Source of the DNA: an uncultured Candidatus Saccharibacteria bacterium
GTDB lineage: Bacteria; Patescibacteriota; Minisyncoccia; Phycocordibacterales; SBAW01
DNA length: 64,000 nt
Direction of reading: 5' to 3'
Assembly: GCA_964355655.1 (NCBI GenBank)
Contig: CAYHDT010000003.1
Span: 15,867-79,866, forward strand
Position numbers and translations under genes: made by a program. Under the pieces are notes generated by a model. That model saw only the letters and a program-made list of their open reading frames with translations. It was not told the origin of the DNA and did no database searches. Each line of letters begins with the position of its first letter. The first letter of the stretch is position 1. Below, in pieces: positions 17,751 through 27,508 of this stretch.

Positions 17751-20167
17751 ACGATATGGTCCCAGAGTACCGGATAGTCGGCCAAGACAGCTACCTTGGC
17801 CGTCTTCCCCACGACCATATCAACAAATTTCGGGGCAATGGCCCCGCCCGGACCTTTGATGGTAAGCATATCCTGAGTGATTTTTTGCCCTTTTTTTATA
17901 TTAATCTTCGCGTAGAGACCCTTCTTAAATTTATTAATTGTCTCTACTTCGCTGCCGACAATCATCTTATGCCCCTTGCCTTTGATAAGCGGAATAGTCC
18001 GGCTTAGCCGCACCAGCTCTTTAAACTCCTCCGGGTCGGAAGAGAGTATATGGTCGGGCCCTTCCATAAAACGGTCGAGGGTAAAATGCCGCTCAATGAC
18101 GACGGCGCCCAAAGCAAGAGCGACCGTGGCGGCGGTCAGGCCGATAGCGTGGTCTGAAAAACCGGCCGGCACGCCGAATGTTTTGTGGAGCGTCTTCATA
18201 GTGCGCAAATTCATGTCCTCTGCCGCGGCCGGGTACGAAGAGACGCACTGCAGGAGTATGAGATTTTTATTGCCGGCATTGCGCACGACGTCCACCGCGT
18301 CGTCAATTTGCGAAAGGGATGACATGCCGGTGGAGACGATTATAGGCTTGCCCGTTTCCGCCACGCGCTTAATAAGCGGCAGGTTGAGCACGTCCATCGA
18401 CGCAATTTTATAAAACGGCGCTCCCACCTTTTCCAGAAGCTCGACGTTTTCTATATCAAAAGGCGTGGAAAAAACGGGGATGCCCGCTTTGCGCGCGTAC
18501 GCAAAAAGATCTTTATGGTCTTTAAGGCCGAATTCGAGCCGTTTGAGCATCGCGAATGTCGACTCTTCGGTATCGACAAGCTCCTCGGCGTAGCGGTTTT
18601 CTTTTACTTTTTTTGAAATCCTGTTTTCGGCGCGGTAGCTTTGGAATTTTACCGCAGACGCGCCCGCTTCTTTTGCGGCGTCTATCAATTTTTTTGCAAG
18701 GGCTACGGAGCCGTTATGATTAAGGCCTATTTCGGCAATGATAAATGCCGGCGCGCCGTGCGCGACCGTATGCGCTCCTAATTGCACTTCTTTGTTAAAC
18801 GCATGGGCCTGAGTCTCTTTGCGCAGCTCTTTGCCTTCAACATCATCCTTGCCGGCAAGCCGCTCGCCCAAATCGCGGCCTTTGACGGCAAGAATCTGCA
18901 AATCCGCGTAGTGGTAATCTCCGCCGGTGCCTATCAGATGCAGTTGTTTATAGGCGGCTACTTTTGAGCGCACTTCCGCCAACTCCGCTTCCGTGCCGCG
19001 GGTCAAAAGCGGATAAACGTAGGGGAGCGATGCCGCCGTGCCGTCGTACGCCTCGCCCTTCTTTAAAAGCCCCACGGCGACAAGGTCTTTTATAGAGCGG
19101 TCGATAATTTTTTTATCAGGCAAGGCGTCGCGCTCGTCTCCTTTCGTGTACGCGATTTCAAGAGTCAGTACTGTCTTGTTTTTTGGAAACCCGAGAGGGC
19201 AGAACTTTTTTTGTTCGCTTACCCGGTGGAATATGATTTCCGGGTCGTCGTAGTAAAGAAAGCTTGCGGCCCCGGGTATCGCGGCGCTTTTTTTTGCGGC
19301 GATAAAAACAAGTTTTGCGCCGCGATAGTGCAGCTTGTTGCGGATACCGATATGTTCGGCCAGCACCGGAAGAGGCATGGTCGACACAATGCGGTCCTGC
19401 GGCAAGACGGGCACCTTCTCCTTGCCGAAGACAAGCGTTGTAATAAGCCCCTCGCTCTTTTCAATACCCGTAAGTTTTGTATTGAGGCGCAGCGTGCCAC
19501 CGGCTTCGACAAACTTTTTTGCCATTCGTTCAAGCACCGCGCCGGCGCCGGCTCTTCCGACCGCGCTCCACTGGCCCGCATGAAAGTGCCCTTTGCTCCG
19601 GCGGAGATTGACACGCTTTGGCGCCCAGTTTGCGGTCATAGCGTCAACCGACACGCCCCAAAGCTTTTGCGGGTACTTGATAAAAAACATATCCGTCAGC
19701 GTCGGTCCCACCAGCTCAAGCACGTATTCCCGGTAGCTTTTTGCCTGCGCCTTGCGGGTTTCATCAAGGCGCGAAATTTCACTTAATATCTGCGTGCGGG
19801 CAGAGGGAGCAAACGTGCGCAACGAGTCGATAGAAAGCGGGTAGTCGTAGTATTCGTCAAACTTTTTACCCTTTACATTTTTGCCCCAAAACTCGTTTTT
19901 GTAGAAAAGGTCGCCGTAGTCCGTATCCCAAATTTTTGCCTGCCGCTCGTCGGGCGTATGGAAAATGTGCGGGCCGTAATCCAGATGCGGAAACTCCCCC
20001 CAGCTGAAAGACCCCGCCATCCCGCCCACCGAGGCGTCCTTTTCAAAAATAGTGACCGAGAGCCCGAGCTCCACCATGCGCAGGCCCAAAGAGAGCCCGC
20101 TCATGCCGGCGCCGATGACAAACACCTGGCGCTTTGTATTGTTTTTTTTGACCGGCTTTTTTACCAT
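17747..20167 (-). CDS. Fusion: FAD-dependent oxidoreductase + N-acetylneuraminate-synthase (NeuB/SpsE) + SAF domain
   Basis: N-terminal GAGMSG, GGMAGS, GPHIFH; C-terminal IIAEIGLNHNG, AVKFQ, KIAS, STGM, CVSSYP, GFSDH, IERHFTLD, GPDH. Confidence 0.9.
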   Translation of the reverse strand: MVKKPVKKNNTKRQVFVIGAGMSGLSLGLRMVELGLSVTIFEKDASVGGMAGSFSWGEFPHLDYGPHIFHTPDERQAKIWDTDYGDLFYKNEFWGKNVKGKKFDEYYDYPLSIDSLRTFAPSARTQILSEISRLDETRKAQAKSYREYVLELVGPTLTDMFFIKYPQKLWGVSVDAMTANWAPKRVNLRRSKGHFHAGQWSAVGRAGAGAVLERMAKKFVEAGGTLRLNTKLTGIEKSEGLITTLVFGKEKVPVLPQDRIVSTMPLPVLAEHIGIRNKLHYRGAKLVFIAAKKSAAIPGAASFLYYDDPEIIFHRVSEQKKFCPLGFPKNKTVLTLEIAYTKGDERDALPDKKIIDRSIKDLVAVGLLKKGEAYDGTAASLPYVYPLLTRGTEAELAEVRSKVAAYKQLHLIGTGGDYHYADLQILAVKGRDLGERLAGKDDVEGKELRKETQAHAFNKEVQLGAHTVAHGAPAFIIAEIGLNHNGSVALAKKLIDAAKEAGASAVKFQSYRAENRISKKVKENRYAEELVDTEESTFAMLKRLEFGLKDHKDLFAYARKAGIPVFSTPFDIENVELLEKVGAPFYKIASMDVLNLPLIKRVAETGKPIIVSTGMSSLSQIDDAVDVVRNAGNKNLILLQCVSSYPAAAEDMNLRTMKTLHKTFGVPAGFSDHAIGLTAATVALALGAVVIERHFTLDRFMEGPDHILSSDPEEFKELVRLSRTIPLIKGKGHKMIVGSEVETINKFKKGLYAKINIKKGQKITQDMLTIKGPGGAIAPKFVDMVVGKTAKVAVLADYPVLWDHIV

Positions 20168-20925
20168 AGCGTAAATCCCCCGTCTACAACCAAGTTCTGC
20201 CCCGTAATGTAACCGGCGTCATCTGACGCCAAAAACAACACCGCGCCGGTCAAATCCTCCGGCCGCGCCATACGGCCAAGAGGCGTCTTATACTCGTAGT
20301 TTTTTACAAAAAACGGAGCCTGATTGCGGAACACGCCTCCGGGAGAAATCGCGTTAACTGTAACGCCGCTTTTGGCAAGATACGCGGCCAGATAGCGCGT
20401 AAGGTGGATGATACCGGCTTTGGTCGCGCCATAAATTTCTGAGCTGTTCCGCCCCGACTTGCCGTAGATGCGGAAGTCCGGCGTGGTTACTCCATATATA
20501 GAGCCGAAGTTGATAATGGTCCCCTTTTTTCTTTTTACCATCTGTTTAGAGACGGCTTTTGACATCAGAATAGTGCCCTTCAGGTTAGTGTTCAGCACAA
20601 AATCCAATTCTTCCGCGGTCCGCTTCTCAAACGGCGTATACACTCCTACGCCGGCGCAGTTTACCAGCACATCGACCGGACGCTTAATTTCTTTAAGCAT
20701 GGCCTTAATCGCGCGCTCATTGGTGATGTCCGCCGAAACAAATGAGAGCTGTTTTTTATGACGGACAAGCATCTTTTTAAAATTGGAGTCGGGTACGGCC
20801 GCGATATCAACACCGCAGACGTATGCCCCGTTTTTAAGAAACGCGGCCGCGAGCGCCCGGCCTATCTGGCCGCAGGCGCCGGAAATAAGGACGGTTTTGC
20901 CTTTAAGATTATAGCTATTGGACAT
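20161..20925 (-). CDS. SDR-family oxidoreductase (PtmA-like)
   Basis: SGACGQIG, GSIYG, YGATK, SPGG, ITGQNLVVDGG. Confidence 0.9.
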   Translation of the reverse strand: MSNSYNLKGKTVLISGACGQIGRALAAAFLKNGAYVCGVDIAAVPDSNFKKMLVRHKKQLSFVSADITNERAIKAMLKEIKRPVDVLVNCAGVGVYTPFEKRTAEELDFVLNTNLKGTILMSKAVSKQMVKRKKGTIINFGSIYGVTTPDFRIYGKSGRNSSEIYGATKAGIIHLTRYLAAYLAKSGVTVNAISPGGVFRNQAPFFVKNYEYKTPLGRMARPEDLTGAVLFLASDDAGYITGQNLVVDGGFTLW

Positions 20926-20975
20926 ATTCTTTACGGAACTATGACTATACAACAAAAACCCATGTTTGCAAGGGT

Positions 20976-22865
20976 TTACCGGCGGCCTGCCGCAAGAGAC
21001 TCCAGCCACCGCGCGGCGCGCTTGCCGGCATTGCCGTCGAACAGATATTCCTGTTTTAGAAACTGCAGGGCGCGCCGGCTGAGATCTTTCCGGGCATCGG
21101 GGCTGCCGGACAGCGTGCGCACTATTTCAGCAAGCGCTTCCTTGGTGTCGGCTATATGCATGGCCCCTTGCTGCACGTAGTAAGAAAAGTGATGCTTCCC
21201 CATAAGCGCCTGCACCGGAGAAAGCCCGAGGTAGATGAGCGGTTTGCCGCATTGCAGCGCCTCTATGGCGGCAGTGGAATAACAAGAGACCACTATGTCG
21301 GAGCGCGGATACAATTCCGACAAAGGTTCGCGCTGGGCTATTGCATAAGGTACGCCTTCAAAAAGAGATGCAAGTATTGCGCGCACAAAAGGGTCCCTGT
21401 CCGGCCCCGGGCGGAACTTTATGACGACTGAAACGTCCGGGATTTTTTTTACCGCCGAAGCTATGGCCGAATAATAATCCAGCGCGTCGTACGAGTCGGG
21501 AGAATCCCCGCCCGGGTCTATTGCGGGCGCGATGCACAAAATACTGACGCCTGACTCCCTCGCGCGGCCCACCGGGGCCTCGCGCGCGGCAGCATACGCG
21601 TCGAAACGGGGAGAGCCTATAACCACGGGTGTTGTTTGCGTATCCCCCGCTTCTTGCATTTGTTTTTTGGTCAGCGGGCCGTATACGGCGGTAAACTCCG
21701 CGCGATGCCGTTTGCTCACGGAACCGGGGCCGTAATACTCCAACCCGTGTTGCATTTCGACGGAGGGGATTCCTTGCGCCCTGGCAACATGCGCCAGAAT
21801 GACGAAGTGAGTTTGCGCGCTGACCGTCGAGCGCAGGGCGACTATGCCGGGCTTCAGCTTTTCTAACATCGCGTGCGTGTCGTCGATATCCTTTAGGATT
21901 TTAGCGGTAACCTCCTCCACGATGCCGTCTAGCGCGCGAAACACCAGCGGCTGCAGCGATACTCCCCGAAACATAAACCGGCCGGCGTCCCCCTTTTCTG
22001 TAACAGAGCGCCACTCCCGCGCAATGCGCTCCTGCGCCGCTTTGCGCGCCGTGGCCGCCGCGCAAAACGCGCTGATATGCAGAAAACGCATGCGGTATTT
22101 CCATATATTTTTGAGCCCCGCGTTAAGCGCTTCTGTTCTGTCAATAAGAATAATCTCCGCGGAATCAATATTTTTTACATACGGACTGAGATTCTTCCAG
22201 TAGTCGCTGGCCAGAATCCGGACACTGCGGGGACGGGATGCCGCGCTGATTACTATATTCATAACGCCTATCGCAAATCCGAACAGCGCGCGTTTAAAGA
22301 AAAACGGCAACGCGAGCTTTTGCGACATCGGCGTCGGCATTGCGGGCACCAGCACCTCTTTGCCGCTATGGGCGGCTACGTGCGATACGGCATCGACCAC
22401 CACGCTCATCTTTTGAGCTATCAGGGTGCTGCCGCGCGGCGGGGCGGCTTTTGCCGGAGGAAAAACGACAAACCGCCCGGCCGACGGGTGCCGGGCAACA
22501 AGGTTGGCGGCAATGTCGACATAGTACAAAAGGTGGGAAAGGTAGGACTGCAAAGGCAAAAAATAAAGCTGTCCGAGCGACACGCCCCGGTAGGTAAAGA
22601 AATCCCACTCTTTGCTCTCAAAAAGGGCCGCGGGCCACTCTTCGCTCAAAACGCAAAAGGACGTATCCGGAGTACGATAATTCCTTCCCGATACAAATTC
22701 AATTCCCCGCTTAGACAGAACCTGTTCTGTCTCCGCGTCTAAAGAAATAAGCAAAAAACCTTCCTCGGCAATAGAGGGGTTGGCATCAAGGAAGACCTTG
22801 TAAAAATCCGCGTGTTCCGCCTCTGTAAGAAGCAGAATGTTCCGTTCGTGTTGTTTTTGCGGCAT
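20976..22865 (-). CDS. Polysaccharide biosynthesis protein, probable GT-B transferase
   Basis: EMQHG, IGSPRFD, IKFRPG, SCYSTAAIEALQCGKP. Confidence 0.65.
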   Translation of the reverse strand: MPQKQHERNILLLTEAEHADFYKVFLDANPSIAEEGFLLISLDAETEQVLSKRGIEFVSGRNYRTPDTSFCVLSEEWPAALFESKEWDFFTYRGVSLGQLYFLPLQSYLSHLLYYVDIAANLVARHPSAGRFVVFPPAKAAPPRGSTLIAQKMSVVVDAVSHVAAHSGKEVLVPAMPTPMSQKLALPFFFKRALFGFAIGVMNIVISAASRPRSVRILASDYWKNLSPYVKNIDSAEIILIDRTEALNAGLKNIWKYRMRFLHISAFCAAATARKAAQERIAREWRSVTEKGDAGRFMFRGVSLQPLVFRALDGIVEEVTAKILKDIDDTHAMLEKLKPGIVALRSTVSAQTHFVILAHVARAQGIPSVEMQHGLEYYGPGSVSKRHRAEFTAVYGPLTKKQMQEAGDTQTTPVVIGSPRFDAYAAAREAPVGRARESGVSILCIAPAIDPGGDSPDSYDALDYYSAIASAVKKIPDVSVVIKFRPGPDRDPFVRAILASLFEGVPYAIAQREPLSELYPRSDIVVSCYSTAAIEALQCGKPLIYLGLSPVQALMGKHHFSYYVQQGAMHIADTKEALAEIVRTLSGSPDARKDLSRRALQFLKQEYLFDGNAGKRAARWLESLAAGRR

Positions 22866-22889
22866 GAGTGATGCGTGCGGAACGATGCG

Positions 22890-24119
22890 CTATATAATCT
22901 CTACGGCCGGCACCGTAATAATAAACTTGACTCCTTTTGCCCGAAGCTCTTTTTCTTTTTCTAAAATCGCGTCTTTAAAGTTCCACGCCAGCAGTAGTAT
23001 ATAATCCGGCGTGTCGGAGAGAAGTTTCTCCGGCGAGACAATCGGGATATGCATGCCCGGGCTGTAGAGCCCCTGCTTAAGCGTCGTGGTGTCGGTAAGG
23101 TAGTCTAACGTTTCAGTGCCAAGACCATAGTAGTTGAGCAGTGTATTGCCTTTGGCCGGCGCGCCATAGCCGACGATTTTTTTGCCCTCTGTTTTGAGCC
23201 TTGCAAGCAGGGCGAGCAATTTGTCTTTGTTGGACCGCACCGTCTCGGCAAAACCGTGGTGAGACGCTTCGCCGGTAAGCCCCGCCGCTGCCTCCTCGGC
23301 AAGAATCTGCGCGACGCGGGGCGAAGCCTCGCGGTCTTTGGCGACATATACGCGCAGCGACTTCCCCTGTGCGGGAACAATTTCTACATCAAACACCTTC
23401 ATACCGGTTGCCTCGACCAAATGCTTGGCGGCGTGGAGCGAGTAAAAACAGAGGTGCTCATGATACATCTGGTCAAAGGCGCCCTCCTCGATAAGATGCT
23501 TGACCCAATGCACTTCAAACACAAACGTTCCTTCGTCTCCTATAAGTTTTGCCACGCCCGCAAACACATCGCGGATTGGGTCGGTGTGGGCAAACACATT
23601 GTTGGCGACCACCACCTTCGCGTTGCCGTACTTACCCAAGAGGTCATCGGCTGTTTTAGAAGTAAAAAATGCCGGATAAAACGGTACACCCTTAGCCTCT
23701 GACAACGGAGCCAAGTTTTCGGCCGGGTCGACATTGAGCACCCGCGCGCTGTCTTTAACATAGCTCAGCAGGGTGCCGTCATTGCCGCCTATATCAATAA
23801 CCAAGTCTTGCGGCGAGCTGAGCAGGGGTTTAATAACTTCGTCCGCATACTGTTTAAAATGCTCCACCGACGGCGAGCTGGCCCCGGTAAGAAAATGATA
23901 GTCCTTAAAAAGGATTTCCGGGTCAACCACGTCGAGCAGCTGCGCCAGCGAACAGGTCCGGCAAAAATAGAGCACCAGCGGGAAAGACTTTTCCGCCTTC
24001 CCCAGGTCCTCTTGTTTAATATAGGCATTGGCCGGCGGCGTGGAGCCAAGGTCCAGCACCTTTACCAGGTCGGTCCCCTCGCACACGCGGCAGGTTGTTT
24101 TGTGGGTAAAATCGCTCAT
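22890..24119 (-). CDS. NDP-hexose C-methyltransferase family protein
   Basis: CRVC/CRTC zinc site, DIGGNDG, YHEH, YGAPAKGN, LLAWNF. Confidence 0.9.
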   Translation of the reverse strand: MSDFTHKTTCRVCEGTDLVKVLDLGSTPPANAYIKQEDLGKAEKSFPLVLYFCRTCSLAQLLDVVDPEILFKDYHFLTGASSPSVEHFKQYADEVIKPLLSSPQDLVIDIGGNDGTLLSYVKDSARVLNVDPAENLAPLSEAKGVPFYPAFFTSKTADDLLGKYGNAKVVVANNVFAHTDPIRDVFAGVAKLIGDEGTFVFEVHWVKHLIEEGAFDQMYHEHLCFYSLHAAKHLVEATGMKVFDVEIVPAQGKSLRVYVAKDREASPRVAQILAEEAAAGLTGEASHHGFAETVRSNKDKLLALLARLKTEGKKIVGYGAPAKGNTLLNYYGLGTETLDYLTDTTTLKQGLYSPGMHIPIVSPEKLLSDTPDYILLLAWNFKDAILEKEKELRAKGVKFIITVPAVEII

Positions 24120-24156
24120 AATCTTCAGTAAAAACAAACGATAGCACAGTTTAGTT

Positions 24157-25041
24157 TCATCGCAGAGGTTCGCTGCCCGTCAAAAGGATGACAAGCTCAC
24201 GGAGCAAGTGATCGAGCGCCAGTAGCGGGAGCAGGAGAGGGAGCGCGTACGAATAATGCTTGCGCAGATATACTTTAATGCTTCGGTTATATTCGCGCCG
24301 GCGCCAGGCATTGTTCGCCCTGCCGAAGGATGCCGATTTTAAGTGCGTAATGGTCGCCTCCGGCACGAGGTATATTTTGTATCCGCGGTCGTATACGCGC
24401 TTACTCATGTCGACGTCAACAAAATAAAACGGGATATCTTTGTCCACTATATAGTCCCCCAGCGCCTCGCGCCTCCAGATAAGACACGGCCATGCCGGCT
24501 GCTCAACTTCGGAAACTACAGTGAGGTCAAGGTCGCTGTAACGGTAGCGGTTAAACTCCCGCAAACCGAGTATGTATTTATCTATCAGGCGCCCGAACAA
24601 GGTCGTAAAAAAGAATTGCCTCGGCCTCATAATGCGGCGGTAGTAAAGCTGCGGAGAGCCGTCGCTATTAAGGAGTTTGGCCGTAGCCGCTCCCGCTTTA
24701 GGGTTGCTCTCCATAAACGCCCGCAAGGTCTGCAGAGCGCCCGGATGGAGCACCGCGTCCGGATCGAGCGTCAGGATATATTTTCCGGCGGTTCTCTCAA
24801 GCATGAGGTTGATAGCCGCCCATCCGATATTCTTTTCGTTCTGGATGAAGGAAAAACGCGGATCGTTTTCAAACGCGCCGTCGAGCCGATGGAAGCCGCC
24901 GTCGGTCGACGCGTTGTCGATTACAACAACTTCTATATTCATGTCGCCCGCGGTGTCCACAATAGACTGCAGAGCCCCTTTTAGCAGATCTGAAGTGTTC
25001 CAATTAAGCACCACCATCGACAAATCAGGGACTGTGTTCAT
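24157..25041 (-). CDS. GT2 glycosyltransferase (rhamnosyltransferase-like)
   Basis: VVLNWN, IDNASTDG, LDPD; adjacent to rml genes. Confidence 0.85.
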   Translation of the reverse strand: MNTVPDLSMVVLNWNTSDLLKGALQSIVDTAGDMNIEVVVIDNASTDGGFHRLDGAFENDPRFSFIQNEKNIGWAAINLMLERTAGKYILTLDPDAVLHPGALQTLRAFMESNPKAGAATAKLLNSDGSPQLYYRRIMRPRQFFFTTLFGRLIDKYILGLREFNRYRYSDLDLTVVSEVEQPAWPCLIWRREALGDYIVDKDIPFYFVDVDMSKRVYDRGYKIYLVPEATITHLKSASFGRANNAWRRREYNRSIKVYLRKHYSYALPLLLPLLALDHLLRELVILLTGSEPLR

Positions 25042-25048
25042 ACTAGTA

Positions 25049-25861
25049 TTATCGTATATCCCATTCTTCGCGCAGATATTCTCTCAGGGCTTCCTGCCAT
25101 GGACGCAGTACTATCGAGGAAACCATGCTTTCGTTTTGACCGCTTGAGTAACCGGTCTTAAATTCGGCAGAGTCGGCGGGCAGTACGCGGGCGGCAGACC
25201 CCGCGGCGGATACGATTTCGCGCGCTACCTCGCAGCGCGTCGCATCCGCTCCGCCCACATGCAAAATACCGCGGCGACCCTCCTCTATAAAAGCCAGAAC
25301 GGCCAGGACAAGGTCATTCGCATACGTCGGTGAACCGCGCCTGTCGGCAACGGCGCGGATCTCCGGTTCGGACAATTTGCCGAGTATTTTTCCTACAAAT
25401 TTTTTATCCTTGTCTTTTCCCCCGCCAAAGAGCCACGAGGTGCGCACGATTAAGTAATCTCCCAGCACACTTCGTACCGCCAGTTCTCCCAGATATTTCG
25501 AATGCCCGTATACATTAACCGGGCTTGGGATATCCTCTGTCGTATACGGTTCGGATTTAGTGCCGTCAAAAATTCCCGAGGTCGATATATAAACGAGTTT
25601 TGCGCCCACGGCGCGGGCGGCAAGCGCCATATGGTAAGTACCTACCGCGTTTATAAGATAAGCTTCTTCCGGCTCTTTTTCGCAGAACGCAAGATCGGTC
25701 GCCGAAGCGAGGTGGATAATAGTGCGCGGACGATATTCTTTACACGCGGCCATAACGCTGGAAAGGTTAGTTACGTCGAGAGTCGCGCGGTCGGTACGCG
25801 TGCCCGTCTTAAAATACGAGCCAAGCATTCCATCAGCTCCGGTAATAAGCAGGCGCTCCAT
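25049..25861 (-). CDS. rmlD: dTDP-4-dehydrorhamnose reductase
   Basis: TGADGMLG, YGHSKYLGE, RTSWLFG, GSPT. Confidence 0.88.
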   Translation of the reverse strand: MERLLITGADGMLGSYFKTGTRTDRATLDVTNLSSVMAACKEYRPRTIIHLASATDLAFCEKEPEEAYLINAVGTYHMALAARAVGAKLVYISTSGIFDGTKSEPYTTEDIPSPVNVYGHSKYLGELAVRSVLGDYLIVRTSWLFGGGKDKDKKFVGKILGKLSEPEIRAVADRRGSPTYANDLVLAVLAFIEEGRRGILHVGGADATRCEVAREIVSAAGSAARVLPADSAEFKTGYSSGQNESMVSSIVLRPWQEALREYLREEWDIR

Positions 25862-25864
25862 ACG

Positions 25865-26401
25865 TTAAGGCAAAGGCGGCCACGACGCGTCTTGGATTGA
25901 AAGAATAGCTCCGGAGAGCGGCCACTGCACCGCGAGCCGCGGATCATCGTAGCGCGCGCCGCCGACCAGTTCCGGATGGTACGTATCGCTCAACTTATAC
26001 TCAACAACCGCTTCGTCGCTTATCGCGCAAAAACCGTGCGCGTACTTTCCTGGGATAAAAAGCATAGCCTGCTCATCTCCCTTCAGACGCACGGAAACAT
26101 GTTGTCCGTAGGTCGCAGAGAGCGGGTCGCAGTCGGCCGCGACATCAAAAATTTCTCCGGAGGTAACCCGTACGAGTTTGTCCTGCATGTGCGGCGCGCG
26201 CTGAAAATGGAAGCCCCGCACGACGCCTTTTTTTGAACGGGAAACGAAATCTTCCGCGAACGTCGCCGTAATGCCGAGCTCGGCAAAATCCTCCGCCCGG
26301 TACACATTGGCCGAAAATCCTCTTTCATCTTTTCTGAGCGCCGGGGCAATAAGGAAGACTCCCGGGAGCGCTTGGGGCGTCAATGTATAGATGTTTTTCA
26401 T
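25865..26401 (-). CDS. rmlC: dTDP-4-dehydrorhamnose 3,5-epimerase
   Basis: DERGF, RGFHFQ, KLVRV, AHGF. Confidence 0.92.
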   Translation of the reverse strand: MKNIYTLTPQALPGVFLIAPALRKDERGFSANVYRAEDFAELGITATFAEDFVSRSKKGVVRGFHFQRAPHMQDKLVRVTSGEIFDVAADCDPLSATYGQHVSVRLKGDEQAMLFIPGKYAHGFCAISDEAVVEYKLSDTYHPELVGGARYDDPRLAVQWPLSGAILSIQDASWPPLP

Positions 26402-27420
26402 ATATGCGCGTTAGCTCCTCCCGCGCGGCGCAGCGCGCGCTTTACCCACATGCGGTTTTGTACGTACCACTCCACCGTCGGCATAAACGATTTTCCAAAC
26501 GAGTGGCGCGGCTTCCAACCGAGCTTGCTTTTTATTTTTGACGCGTTAACCGCGTATCGGCGGTCGTGGCCGGGGCGGTCTTTAACATAGGAGATTGCCG
26601 ACTCGTCTTTTTTAAAATATTTCAGCATCCGGCGCGCAAGCGCGATGTTGCTCACCTCGTCATCCGCGCCGATATTATATACCTCGCCCGGCTCTCCCTT
26701 TAGCAGGGCAAGTATGAGCGCGCCGCAATGATCCTCAACGTGTATCCAGTCGCGCACGTACTGTCCGTCGCCGTATATGGCTATGGGTTTGCCGTCCAAA
26801 ATTTTTGAGACGGAGTACGGGATAAGTTTCTCCGGGTGCTGGTACGGTCCGTAGTTGTTAGAGCAGCGCGTAATAACAACGGGCAAACCGTATGTTTTAA
26901 AGAAAGACCGCGCCACCAGGTCGGAAGCGGCTTTTGACGCGGCGTAGGGAGAGTTCGGCCGCAGCGGCAGGTCCTCGGTAAAGGCCTTGCCGCCTTTAAG
27001 CGGCAGAGCTCCGTACACTTCGTCGGTCGATACGTGGACAAATTTTTTAAGCGCCGGCAGAGCAGCCGCCGCTCCAAAGAGCACCGTCGCGCCCTCCACG
27101 TTGGTGCGGATAAAATCGCGCGCGCCGCCGTGGATACTGCGGTCAACGTGCGACTCCGCCGCAAAATTTATGATGTAATCAGGACGGTACTTTTTGAATA
27201 CGCGCGCAACGAGCGAAGAATCGGTAATATCGCCTTTTACAAACACAAAGCGGTTTTTCGGGAGGCCTTTTAGGTTGTCCGGATTCCCCGCGTACGTAAG
27301 CGCGTCCAAACACACCACTTTTGCTTTGGGGTACTTAAAGAGCGTTTGGCGGACAAAGTTAGAGCCTATAAATCCGGCTCCCCCGGCCACCAAAATCGTT
27401 TCTTTGCCAAAACTTTGCAT
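26398..27420 (-). CDS. rmlB: dTDP-glucose 4,6-dehydratase
   Basis: GGAGFIG, AAESHVDRSI, STDEVYG, YAASK, DRPGHDRRY. Confidence 0.95.
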   Translation of the reverse strand: MQSFGKETILVAGGAGFIGSNFVRQTLFKYPKAKVVCLDALTYAGNPDNLKGLPKNRFVFVKGDITDSSLVARVFKKYRPDYIINFAAESHVDRSIHGGARDFIRTNVEGATVLFGAAAALPALKKFVHVSTDEVYGALPLKGGKAFTEDLPLRPNSPYAASKAASDLVARSFFKTYGLPVVITRCSNNYGPYQHPEKLIPYSVSKILDGKPIAIYGDGQYVRDWIHVEDHCGALILALLKGEPGEVYNIGADDEVSNIALARRMLKYFKKDESAISYVKDRPGHDRRYAVNASKIKSKLGWKPRHSFGKSFMPTVEWYVQNRMWVKRALRRAGGANAHI

Positions 27421-27508
27421 TGCAGCAATAGTACGCTCAAATAGGGCGCAAATCAACGCCGGCTATTGTAGTCGAAAGGTTTGTGTGTTACCGTAGCAAC
27501 CTTACGAT

